Below are positions 39,701-49,493 of a DNA stretch of 64,000 nt, piece by piece. Below the pieces are notes generated by a model that was given only the letters and a program-made list of their open reading frames with translations, did not search any database and was not told where the DNA came from. Each line of letters opens with the position of its first letter. The stretch's first letter is position 1. Source of the DNA: an uncultured Planctomycetota bacterium (lineage in GTDB: Bacteria > Planctomycetota > Planctomycetia > Isosphaerales > Isosphaeraceae). A program made the translations under genes and the position numbers. Location: NCBI GenBank assembly GCA_963737655.1, contig CAVTTN010000002.1:1824001-1888000 (forward strand), in the 5' to 3' direction.

Positions 39701-41674
39701 TCAGGCGGTCTGGGCCAGGATCGAGCGTCGGATCGCGTCGGGCAATCGCTCGCCCTGGAGGTCGTCGAGCCTCCGGCACGGGACGCCCCAGGCCCGGGCC
39801 AGCCCCTCGGCCATCCCGAGCCGGACCGGGCCCGCCTCGGTGTCGATGACGAGGCCGGCCAGCCGGCGGCGACCCAGTTCCGCGGCGATCGCCAGGGATT
39901 GGGCCTGGGGATCGGCCCCGGGCGAGGTCGGGAGGTTGCCCCGGCCGTCGGTCAGGAGGACCAAAAACGGGATTGCCCCGGGGTCTCTCCGCCGCGAGCG
40001 GTCCGCGACCACGCCCGCCAGGGTCATCCCCGACGCGAGCGGGGTCGCCCCGCCGATGGGAAGGTCGGAGAGGACTCGCGCCGCCTCCCGGACGCTCCTC
40101 GACGGCGGCAGGACGAGCCTCGCGCCGCCCTTGCCGAAGGCGATCAGCCCGACGCGGTCCCTCTTCTGGTAGGCATCGACGAGCAAGGACAGGACCGCCG
40201 CCTTCGTCCGCCCCATCCGCGACCGCGCGCCCATCGACCGGCTCGCATCGACGCAGAAGAGGACCAGGCGGGCCGTCGGCCGTTCCCGGAGTTTCCATCG
40301 CACGTCGATCGGCCGGATTTCGAGTCGCGATCCCGATCCGCCCCGGCGGAGGGCCTGCCTCGGGGCCGCCTGGCGGATCGTCGCGGCCAGCGCCAGGCCC
40401 CGGCCGGACGCCCGGCGATCGGTCGAGCCGACGACGGCCCCGGAACGATCCGAGGGGGAGGCCGCGCCTCCGAGGCCCGATCGCGAGGCCGGGACTCGAC
40501 GAGGTCCGCGGGGCCCTTCGAGGCGGACGACGGTCGGCCCCTCGGCCGGCGCGGCTTCCGGGTGTCCCGCCTCCGGGTCGATCGCGCCGAGTCCGTCGGT
40601 CCCGGACGCCGAAGCGCCCGATCGTCCGCCCGAATCCGGCGGACGAGGCCCGCCCGGCCGGTCGGGAGGGCGATCCGCGGGCGAATCGTCCAGGACCGAG
40701 GGCCGACGAGGCCCCGGGGGCGGCGCCGGGGCCGTCCGGCGATGGACCAGGGCCATCTCCGCCACGGCCTCGACGTCCTCCGAGGTCACCGATTCGCGAC
40801 CATCATACGCGGCGAGGGCCGAGGCCGCCCGGACGATCGTCAGGTCGGCCCGGAGCCCCTCGGCCCCTTCCCGGGCGCACCGAGAGCAGATCGCATCGAG
40901 GACTTCCTCCGGGACGGCGATCGAGGGCAGCCGGAGGCGGGCGTCGGCGATCCTCTGCCGCTCCTCTCGCTCGGAGTCCGCCCAGGTCGCGGCGAAACCG
41001 GCCGGGTCGCGGTCGAACTGGAGCCTCCGGCGGACGACCTCGGCGCGGGTCCGGGATTCGGTCATCGAGTCGGCCTCGACGACCAGGCCGAAGCGGTCGA
41101 GGAGCTGAGGGCGGAGGTCCCCTTCCTCGGGATTCATCGTCCCCACGAGCACGAACCGCGACGGATGAACGAACGCCACGCCCTCGCGCTCGACCCGGTT
41201 CACGCCCATCGCGGCGACGTCCAGCAAGAGGTCGACGAGGTGGTCGGCCAGGAGGTTGACCTCGTCGATGAACAGGACCCCGCGATGGGCCGAGGCGAGC
41301 AGGCCCGGCTCGAACACTCGACGGGCGGAGCCGAGCGCCTTCTCCAGGTCGAGGCTGCCGACGACGCGGTCTTCCGAGGCCCCGACGGGCAGGGTCACGA
41401 ACCGCGCGGGCCTCCGGGCCAGGCCGGCCGAGTCGGGGAGGGGCCAGCCGGCGATTTCCTCGTCGGGGGAGCGTCCGAACGGATCGCCCTCGAACGTCTC
41501 GACGTCGGGCAACAGGGCCGCCAGGCCCCGGGCGGCCGTGCTCTTGGCCGCCCCCTTCGACCCTCGGACCAGGACGCCCCCGAGGCCGGGATGGATCGCG
41601 GCCAGGACGAGCGCCCGCTTCATGGCCTCCTGGCCCACGATCGCCGAGAACGGATAGACGGCCGCGTCCCCCAT
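39701..41674 (-). CDS. ChlD/ChlI-like AAA+ and VWA chelatase subunit (partner of CobN)
   Basis: YPFSAIVGQE, G.KGAAKST, EPGLLA.AHRGVLFIDEVNLL, MNPEEG, DRFG; VWA DASRSM, TDGRGN. Confidence 0.92.
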   Translation of the reverse strand: MGDAAVYPFSAIVGQEAMKRALVLAAIHPGLGGVLVRGSKGAAKSTAARGLAALLPDVETFEGDPFGRSPDEEIAGWPLPDSAGLARRPARFVTLPVGASEDRVVGSLDLEKALGSARRVFEPGLLASAHRGVLFIDEVNLLADHLVDLLLDVAAMGVNRVEREGVAFVHPSRFVLVGTMNPEEGDLRPQLLDRFGLVVEADSMTESRTRAEVVRRRLQFDRDPAGFAATWADSEREERQRIADARLRLPSIAVPEEVLDAICSRCAREGAEGLRADLTIVRAASALAAYDGRESVTSEDVEAVAEMALVHRRTAPAPPPGPRRPSVLDDSPADRPPDRPGGPRPPDSGGRSGASASGTDGLGAIDPEAGHPEAAPAEGPTVVRLEGPRGPRRVPASRSGLGGAASPSDRSGAVVGSTDRRASGRGLALAATIRQAAPRQALRRGGSGSRLEIRPIDVRWKLRERPTARLVLFCVDASRSMGARSRMGRTKAAVLSLLVDAYQKRDRVGLIAFGKGGARLVLPPSRSVREAARVLSDLPIGGATPLASGMTLAGVVADRSRRRDPGAIPFLVLLTDGRGNLPTSPGADPQAQSLAIAAELGRRRLAGLVIDTEAGPVRLGMAEGLARAWGVPCRRLDDLQGERLPDAIRRSILAQTA

Positions 41675-42066
41675 CAGATCTCCTCGCCGCACGCGCGCCG
41701 GGCCTCGCGCTCGAACCGATTGTCCAGGTAATAATGCCCTCCGCGCCGCCAGGCCCAGGCCGATTCGATCAGGTAGGCCGGGATGAAGAACAGGCCCCAT
41801 CGCTCCGCCTGGCGGACGTGGACATGTTCATGGTCCCGGCAGTAGTCCAGGCAATGGGGATCGCGCCCGACGATCACATGGCCGAGGGTCATCGCCGCGA
41901 ACCCCCACCGGAGGCCCAGCCATCGCGAGAATCCGCCGTGGAACTCGATCACGCCCCGCCGCACCTGGGCCTGGCCGCCGGTCAGGAGCGTGAGCGCCCC
42001 GGCGACCAGGCCGACGCAGGTCGTAGGGGCCGTCCAGGCATAGAGGATCGGGGCGATGGGGCGCAT
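41674..42066 (-). CDS. Hypothetical HExxH protein
   Basis: AMTLGHVI...HEHVHVRQ...NRFEREA. Confidence 0.75.
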   Translation of the reverse strand: MRPIAPILYAWTAPTTCVGLVAGALTLLTGGQAQVRRGVIEFHGGFSRWLGLRWGFAAMTLGHVIVGRDPHCLDYCRDHEHVHVRQAERWGLFFIPAYLIESAWAWRRGGHYYLDNRFEREARRACGEEI

Positions 42067-42098
42067 CGGTTCGGTTCGGTTCGGTTCGGTTCGGTTCG
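42066..42098. repeat. Pentanucleotide microsatellite (TCGGT)x6
   Basis: Seen directly; abuts the start codon of 41674-42066. Confidence 0.95.
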
Positions 42099-42110
42099 AA
42101 ATCGGAAGGC

Positions 42111-42629
42111 TCAGGCCGGGACGCTCGACCTCATCGCGAGGATGGACGTTTCCAGGAAGTCCCGCAGCTCGCGGAACTCGGGGAATCTCGCGGCGATCGC
42201 GTCGCGGCCGATCGGGTGATCGCCGAGCTCCCGCGCGAGATTCGCGGCGAATTTGTGGCGATCCTCGGACAGGAGCGGGTTGGTTCGCCGGGCGATTTCC
42301 ACGACCGGATCGGCGCGAATCCAGGCATCGACGTCCGGGATCGCGAAGGTGAGGAGGAAGTTGTCCGGCCGGGCGAGTCGCCCGAGGAAGCTCTCGATCT
42401 CCCGCCGACGGTCCGCGGCCCGATCTCGGTCTGCCTCGTTGAGGACGAGGGCCACCGGCCGATCGGGGTCCTGCAAGAGATAGAGCTGCGCGGCGCCGAT
42501 CGCCGACTCGGCGAGGAGGTAGGAACTGACCTCCGGGAGGCTGGCCTTCCTCTCCTGGCGAAAGATCGCCTGCAAGAAGCGTTGTTCAGGAAGGTTTTCC
42601 GCCAGGAGCTGGAACTTCCTCGTCGTCAT
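42111..42629 (-). CDS. Hypothetical protein paired with an Mrr-like nuclease
   Basis: GGAGAAG RBS, 172 aa, overlaps the upstream nuclease gene. Confidence 0.7.
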   Translation of the reverse strand: MTTRKFQLLAENLPEQRFLQAIFRQERKASLPEVSSYLLAESAIGAAQLYLLQDPDRPVALVLNEADRDRAADRRREIESFLGRLARPDNFLLTFAIPDVDAWIRADPVVEIARRTNPLLSEDRHKFAANLARELGDHPIGRDAIAARFPEFRELRDFLETSILAMRSSVPA

Positions 42630-43302
42630 GATCGACTTCTCCCTGGATGAACCCGGTGGGGATCTCCATCGGGCCTCGGTCCTCGTCGGCGGTCGAATTC
42701 GGGTCCTCCACGGATCTCGCGATCGGCTGATGGGGACTGCCGTACTTCATCGCCAGGGCCATCTTGCGGCGGACCATCTCCATCATCCGTTCCTGGGACC
42801 CCATCCCCCATGCAAGATCGACCTTCTCGAACATGAGGACGCGAATGGGTTTGATGAGGTTGGCGGTCTCGTTGGCCGGCGGCGTGAAGCCGTTGAACGA
42901 GACGAGCAGGCCGATCGTGCCGACCGGCCGATGTTCGACGAGAACATGAAGACGATAGAATGGATCGATGTCAATCGGGCCCTTCTCGAACTTCGATTGG
43001 ACCAGGAACCCCCGCCACCCGTCCAGGATCAGCCCGTCGTTTTGCCCTCGGACCATGTCCCCCGCCTGGGTCATGATGGGAAACGGATAGTGGACGACCG
43101 CTCCTCCCAGGCGGAATGCCTCGATCACCAACCTCTCGAAGACCAAACCGGCTTCCTGGGGCCGTAGCGCCTGCCCGTCGAAGGACGGCGATGGCGACGA
43201 ATCGTCCCTCCATCCCAGGGCGTCCCAGATCGAGCGGAGATCCTGCCAGCTTCGTGCCTGCCAGGTCGTGAGTTTCTCGAACCAGGTCGATGAATCCGCC
43301 AT
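42586..43302 (-). CDS. Mrr-like restriction endonuclease domain protein
   Basis: FERLV...QNDG...LVQSK....ID...LLVS.NGFT..A pattern. Confidence 0.75.
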   Translation of the reverse strand: MADSSTWFEKLTTWQARSWQDLRSIWDALGWRDDSSPSPSFDGQALRPQEAGLVFERLVIEAFRLGGAVVHYPFPIMTQAGDMVRGQNDGLILDGWRGFLVQSKFEKGPIDIDPFYRLHVLVEHRPVGTIGLLVSFNGFTPPANETANLIKPIRVLMFEKVDLAWGMGSQERMMEMVRRKMALAMKYGSPHQPIARSVEDPNSTADEDRGPMEIPTGFIQGEVDHDDEEVPAPGGKPS

Positions 43303-43323
43303 CGCGGGCTGCCTCCCGGGAGA

Positions 43324-43509
43324 CTATCCCTCGTGAGACGCGTCGTGCCCCCGGTGAATCCACCGCCGGGCCAGGGTCCACGCCCCGAATCCGGCCAGGG
43401 CCAGGACCAGGCCGACCGATCCGAAGGCGCAGATGTGTTCGAGCGGGGTCGTCGGCGAGAACTCGCGGCCGAACAGCTCGACGGCCACGTGATGCGCGAA
43501 AAGGGACAT
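43324..43509 (-). CDS. Small His-rich single-TM protein (possibly CbtB-like cobalt handling)
   Basis: 61 aa, one TM, six His; immediately downstream of cobN. Confidence 0.5.
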   Translation of the reverse strand: MSLFAHHVAVELFGREFSPTTPLEHICAFGSVGLVLALAGFGAWTLARRWIHRGHDASHEG

Positions 43510-43540
43510 GCGAGATTCCTCCGATTGGTGATGGGATGCT

Positions 43541-46500
43541 TCAGGATCGGGATTCGAGGGCCGCTTCGTTCTTCAGGTAGACTTCGCGGAGGCGATCGAG
43601 CGTCTCCGGGTCGGGGGCCTCCCACAGGCCGCGGTCGGCCGCTTCGAGGAGCCTCTCGGCCATCGCCCGGACGGCCCACGGGTTGGACTTCTCCATCGTG
43701 GCCCGGACTCCGGGATCGAGGAGATAGGATCGGCTCACGTGCTCGAACATCCAGTCGTCGATGACCCCGGCCGTCGCCTCGTAGCCGAACAGGTAATCGA
43801 CGGTGGCCGAGAGCTCCGAGGCCCCCTTGTAGCCGTGGGCGAGCGTCGAGGCGATCCACTTCGGGTTCACGACCCGGGAGCGGAACACCCGGTACGCCTC
43901 CTCGCGGAGGTCGCGGACCCGCACGTCGGCCGGGTTCGAGGTGTCGCCGAAATACGTCGCCGGATCGCCGCCGGCGAGGCTGCGGATCGCGGCGATCATC
44001 CCCCCGTGGTACTGGAAATAGTCGTCGGAATCGAAGATGTCGTGCTCGCGGTTGTCCTGGTTCTGGACGGCCACCGCGACCTGCGCGAGCCTCCTCTTGA
44101 AGGCGCCGGGTGCGGCCGTGCCGTGCTCGGAACGGGTGTAGGCGTAGGAACCCCAGGTGATGTACACGTCGGCCAGGTCGTGGGTCGTCTGCCAGTTGCG
44201 TTCGTCGATCAGGTTCAGGAGGCCGGCGCCGTAGGCCCCGGGCTTCGAGCCGAACACGCGGTAGAGCGCCGCCTCGCGGGTCGTCCCCGAGGCCCGTTCT
44301 CGGAGGACGTTGGCGCGGAGGTAGTTGGATCGTTCGTCCTCGTCGGCCTCGGCGACGAGTTCGACGGCGAGGTCGATCAGGGCCACGACGTTGGGGAAGG
44401 CGTCGCGGAAGAATCCCGAGATCCTGACCGTCACGTCGATCCTCGGGCGGCCCGAGTTCCTCCAGGGGGACGAGCTCGACGCCCGACACGCGGCGATTCT
44501 CGGGCGACCAGGCCGGCCGGCAGCCCATCAGGTGGAGGATTTCGGCGACGTCGTCGCCGTGGGTCCTCATGGTGGACGTCCCCCAGACGACGATGCCGAC
44601 GGTCCGGGGGAATCGGCCGTCGTGTTCCTCCCGGAACCGCTCGATCAGCCGCTCGCCGGCCTGGACGCCCACCCTCCAGGCCGCCTGGCTCGGGATCGTG
44701 TGGACATCGACCGAGTAGAAATTCCGGCCGGTGGGCAGGATGCGGGCCATCCCCCGGGTCGGGGCGCCGCTGGGCCCGGCGGGGACGAATTTGCCCTCCA
44801 GGCCGCGGAGGAGGTTGGCGACCTCGTCGGTCGTCCGGTCGAGCCGGGGCAGGAGGTCGCGGGCGACGAACCTCAGGCAGGCCGTGATCTCGGGGCTGCC
44901 CTGGAACAGGCCCAGCTCGCCGCGTCCGGCCTCCGACGTCGCCACTTCGGAGCCGATGAGCGATGCGGCGTGGAGATCCACGGCCCGCGAGACATCGCCC
45001 CACGTCGTCGTTCCCGCCGCGGGGCGGGCGGCTTCGGGGTTTCGGGCCTCGCGGAGGTCCTCCATCACCTGACCCCAGTCATGCGCCCACCGATCGGGGC
45101 CGCGAGTGATGAAGATACTCCTGAGGATCGGATTCGAGAGGACCTCCTCGACCGGCGACCCGAGCGGCCACTGGCTCGGGGGGGCCTCGATCCCCCACGC
45201 CCGGGCGATCGCGTCTCGCAGGGACGGCACGTCCCCGTTCGGCAATCGGAGCATCGCCCGGACGGTCTCGACCCGTTGCCGGCCCCTCGGCGGCTCGCCG
45301 AGCACATGAAGGCCGTCGCGGATCTGGGCGTCTCCTAATTCGCACAGATATCCATCGATTTCCTGCAAGAACGCATCGATCTTTTCTCCTTCGGGCCGTT
45401 CCGGGGGGCCGCACGCCCTGGGAGGGGCGCATCTCGGGCCGGTTTTTCGGTGCGAGTGCGTCGGGCCGCCCTGGGAGATCCCCCCGGGCTTGTAGACGAT
45501 CCCGACCGGCCCGCACGGCGATTCCACGTCCTTGTGGAGGTCGTTCTCGAGGTAGAGGCCCCAGATTTCCTCGAAGATCGCCGGCAGCTTGGTCGGGTCG
45601 AGCGACGCCATCCGGTAGTATTCGTCGATCAGGTGCTCCAGGCGGAGGAGGTCGTCGTACGTCTCGGCCCGGGTCATGGCCGGGATCATGTGATCGAGGA
45701 TCACGGCGCCGCTGCGTCGCTTCGCCTGCGTCCCCTCGCCGGGATTGTTGATGATGTAAGGATAAAAATTGGGCAGATCGCCGATCATGATCTCGGGAAA
45801 GCATTCGTCCGACGACGCCAGGGCCTTCCCCGGGAGCCATTCGAGGTTGCCGTGCTTGCCCATGTGGATCACCGCATGGGCGCCGAACTCGCGGGCGATC
45901 CAGCGGTAATAGGCGAGGTAATGGTGGGTCGGCGGCAGGTCGGGGCTGTGGTAGATCGCCATCGGGTCGGCGCCGAAGCCCCGAGGGGGCTGGATCCCGA
46001 CGAAGACATTGCCGAGGACCAGGCCCGGGATCGCCAGGCGATCGTCGATCCGCCCGACCGTCCCCAGGGGGACGCCCCAGCGGGCGACCATCGCCTTGCG
46101 GGTGGACGGGGGAAGCTCGTCGAACAGGGGGTCATAGGTCGGCAAGGTCACGTGGCCGACGGCCGACCGCCAACCCTCGTCGGCCTGGAACTCGTCGTCG
46201 AACGTGCAACCGTCGATCAGCCGATGCATCAGGGAATCGCCGTCGGGCGGGATGTCCTCGACGCGATATCCGGCGTTTTTCAGGGCCCTCAGGACGTTCA
46301 TGACCGACGCCGGGGTGTCCAGGCCCACGCCGTTGCCGATCCTCGCGTTCTTCGACGGATAATTGCCGAAGAGGATGGCGATCTTCTTCTCGGAGTTGGC
46401 CGTGCGGCGGAGGCGGGCGAAGCTCTCGACCAGGCGGGCGACGCGGTCGATCCGGTCGGCCTTCGGGACGTAGCGGCGGACCGCCGAGCCGAGGGCGGAG

Positions 46501-47495
46501 GGGCCGTCGTCGCTCTCCTTGAAGCTGATCGCCACGGTGCCGATCCGGCCGTCGAACTCGGGCAGGACGACGTTCATCGCGGCGTCGCGAGGGGTCAGGC
46601 CGGACTTCGACGCCCGCCATTCCGATTCGGTCGAGGTGCACAGGATCGCCTGCAAGACCGGGACGTCGAGGCGGGCGAAGAGGTCGAGGATCGGGCCCGA
46701 GGATTCGGTGTGGGTCTCGTCGCCGAGGGTCGCGGCGGTGAAGCTCAGGGTGCTGATCAGGACATCGACGCGGGATCGCCCGTCCTCGTCCATCAGGACG
46801 TCGCGGAAGACCGCCGGGACGCCTCCGGGGCCGTCCTTCAGGCTGTAGAGGAAGACGGGCAGGACGCGGTGGCCGGCCGATTCGAGGCGGACGATCAGGG
46901 CATCGATCGGCGCCACGTTCCCGCTCATCCAGTGGGACCGATAGAACAGGATTCCCGCGCACGGACGGCCGCGATCGGGGTTCTCGGCGAGCCACTCGGC
47001 CAGGGAGAGCGGCTCGGGCCGGCCGGGCTCATAAATGCCCTCGCGGGGCAGGGGGGCGGGCGGATCGAAGCCGAATCTCGTGCCGAGGAGCGAATCGCCG
47101 AGGCAAAGCAGGAGGTTCCGGGCGTTCTCGGCGCCCCCCTGGGCGAAATAGTCCAGGACCTGGCCGACGAGGGGCAGGGGGGCCCGGCAGAGGGCCGTGA
47201 GCTCGGGGTCGAGGGACATCTCGCCGGGCAGGGCGAGATAGGCGATCCGCCGTTCCCGGCACCCGTGGGCGAGCCTCTCGAACCCCTCGGCGAAATACGG
47301 CTTGCCGCCCAGGACGCGGACGACCAGGACGCTCGTCCCGGGCAAATCCTCGACGAGGAAGCGATCCAGGGCGCCCGGGGCCGCAAGGTCGTTGGGATTG
47401 CCGGCGCGGACGGGAGGGAAGCCCTCGGGCAGGCGGGGGAGGGCGGCGGCGAGGGCCTGGAGCTCGGTATCGGCCGTCGAGAGGATGCGGATCAC
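43541..47495 (-). CDS. cobN: Cobaltochelatase subunit CobN, apparent frameshift near 44451
   Basis: LSTADTEL, LPEFDGRI, GVGLDTP, HMGKHGNLEWLPGK, PTGRNFY, then (RID)VTVRISGFFRDAFP, RSRVVNPKWI, HGYKGA. Confidence 0.96.
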
Positions 47496-47699
47496 GGGCG
47501 CCTCGGCGGACCTTCGGGAACGGGCCCGGGAGGGTCGCGGCCGGGGACTGGGATGGGGACGCGCCGAGGACGGCCGATCGATCGCATCCGATCGTTGGCC
47601 GAAGGGGCGGTCCGCACGGTCCCCGGGTCGCCTTACCCTCGAAGGCGCCTCGGGTCGGGGCCGGGACCGAGTGATCGGCCTCGACCCCGGAACGTCCCG

Positions 47700-47870
47700 G
47701 CCCGGTCTTCTGGCTCGTGGGCCGTCGGCCTCCTCGGCCTTCCCGCCCGGGATCGGGCAGTGGCCAGACTTTCAGGAGGGGCCGTTCCCACTCACAGCGG
47801 CGGGGCCGCGCCGGCTTCGAACCGGCTTCCCGACGACCGGGACGTCGCGGAGAACGCCGACCATCATGGT
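47700..47870 (-). promoter_or_regulatory. Cobalamin (B12) riboswitch
   Basis: Minus strand reads GGGAAGCCGGTTCGAAGCCGGCGCGGCCCCGCCGCTGTGA...GCCACTG...GGGAAGG...GAGCCAGAAGACC, upstream of cobN. Confidence 0.93.
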
Positions 47871-47942
47871 TCCGAGGGGGCCGGAAGTCAATGGGAGGCG
47901 GTCCGACCGCCTCCCGAAGCCGATGGCCCGGACCGGCCCCGC

Positions 47943-49313
47943 TCAGAACCGGATGTTGAATTGCGCGAGGGCCTCCAGGTTGAACGGCCTCGGCCCGGTG
48001 ATGGGCTCGACGATCGCCATCGAGAAGAGGCTCCGGCGGCGGATCTGGAAATTCGCCCCGAACGTGAGGTCCACCCACGTGTACGAGCCGGCCGGGTCCT
48101 TGATGTTGTAGGCGTTGGCGTGGTTCAGGGGGACGTTGATGTGCGTCTCGAACGTCGGGGCGATGGCCGTGATGAACTGGTCGAGGTTCTCGGCGCGATA
48201 GACGTAATACCCGATGGCCAGGTCCTGATAGAAGATCGTCACGTCGTTGGGGTTCGTGGGGACGTCGATCGACGTGAAGCCCTGGAAGTAGGCGGAGCCC
48301 ATCGTGTAGAAGTAGCCGAGGAACGGCTGGAACGCGAAGTTGTGGGGCGAGCGGAGCCCTCGGGCGCCGGCGAAATTCCTCGGGCCCGTGGGCATGTTCA
48401 GCAGCAAGCCGGCGGAGAGCAGCCGCCCGGCGTCACGATCGGAATACAGGGCGTACTTGAAGATGGCGGCCAGGTCGCCGACCGAGGTGGACGTCCCCCC
48501 GAGGCCGGCGATCCGGCTGTTCAGCGAGAGGTTGTCGATCGGCATCCGCAGGCCGACCGACGCCCGGCCGTCCAGGACCGTCTTCTCCAGGCCGAGGCTG
48601 TAGCGATACGCCTTGAACTGGTTCAGCGGGGAATTGAGCTGCTGGTTGACCTTCTGATTCAGGTTGTCGAAATAATTGAAGGAGAAATAGATGCGATCCT
48701 GGGGCTGGGGGCTCTGGTTCTCGGCGATCTTGAAGCCTCGGACGCTGGGGATCACGGCGACGGTGGTCTTGCCGGCGGCGCCCGCGAGGTGGGGCGGGAT
48801 GCCCGGGACGCCCGGCTGGGGCAGGGCCGGGGGCGCGGGGACGCCCGGCGGCCTCGCCGCGTTGGGGATCGCCAGGAGCCTGGACAGGTTCGGCGCGTCG
48901 CCCAGCATCTGGAAATAGCCGCCGTTGCCGCCGGAGACCGCCCCGCCCAGCCCGGAAGACGCCGAAGGCGTCGAGAGGCCCGGCACCGCGCCGCCCCCGG
49001 CGGAGTTGCTCAGGTCGGGCGCTCCGCCGGCCCCGGCACCGGCTCCGGTCCCCGCACCGGCCCCGGCACCGGCGGCCCCGCCTCCGGCGTCGATCGATCC
49101 GGTGCCTTCCTGGCCTCCGAGGCCGCCCATGCCGCCTCCCGGCAAGGCCGGCGAACCCGGGGCCCCGTATCCTCCGGCCGTACCCGAGCCGCTCTGCGAT
49201 TGGGGGGTCGCCCTCGGCGCCGCCTGGGGGGATTGGGCCGGGGCCGCCGCTGCCCACGACAGCGTGGCCAGGCCGAGGGCCGCGGCCAGCGCGGACCGAT
49301 GTCGTCCATCCAT
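47943..49313 (-). CDS. Secreted protein with Gly-rich linker and probable outer-membrane beta-barrel
   Basis: Signal peptide; KIAENQSPQPQDRIY; amphipathic strands; terminal QFNIRF. Confidence 0.75.
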   Translation of the reverse strand: MDGRHRSALAAALGLATLSWAAAAPAQSPQAAPRATPQSQSGSGTAGGYGAPGSPALPGGGMGGLGGQEGTGSIDAGGGAAGAGAGAGTGAGAGAGGAPDLSNSAGGGAVPGLSTPSASSGLGGAVSGGNGGYFQMLGDAPNLSRLLAIPNAARPPGVPAPPALPQPGVPGIPPHLAGAAGKTTVAVIPSVRGFKIAENQSPQPQDRIYFSFNYFDNLNQKVNQQLNSPLNQFKAYRYSLGLEKTVLDGRASVGLRMPIDNLSLNSRIAGLGGTSTSVGDLAAIFKYALYSDRDAGRLLSAGLLLNMPTGPRNFAGARGLRSPHNFAFQPFLGYFYTMGSAYFQGFTSIDVPTNPNDVTIFYQDLAIGYYVYRAENLDQFITAIAPTFETHINVPLNHANAYNIKDPAGSYTWVDLTFGANFQIRRRSLFSMAIVEPITGPRPFNLEALAQFNIRF

Positions 49314-49493
49314 GGAACTAGGTCTCCTCCCCCCCATCCTCGGGGGAATGAACGGTTCTCGATCGGTGGGATCGATCGTCCTTACCCCAACTTATCGCCA
49401 GGATCGGCCCCATCGTTCGCCGGATTTCGATACGATGGGATGAACGAGCCGGGCGACCCGCGCGACCCGCACATCCTGCCACCGAGGCCCCCC

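Noticed and set aside
39701..41674. Programmed frameshift in chlD producing two chelatase subunits
   Set aside because: The gene is in one frame and I see no A-rich slippery site in the linker.
45450..49493. N-terminal extension of the 2353-aa ORF
   Set aside because: Antisense to cobN and the barrel gene; the real gene begins at the signal peptide at 49494.
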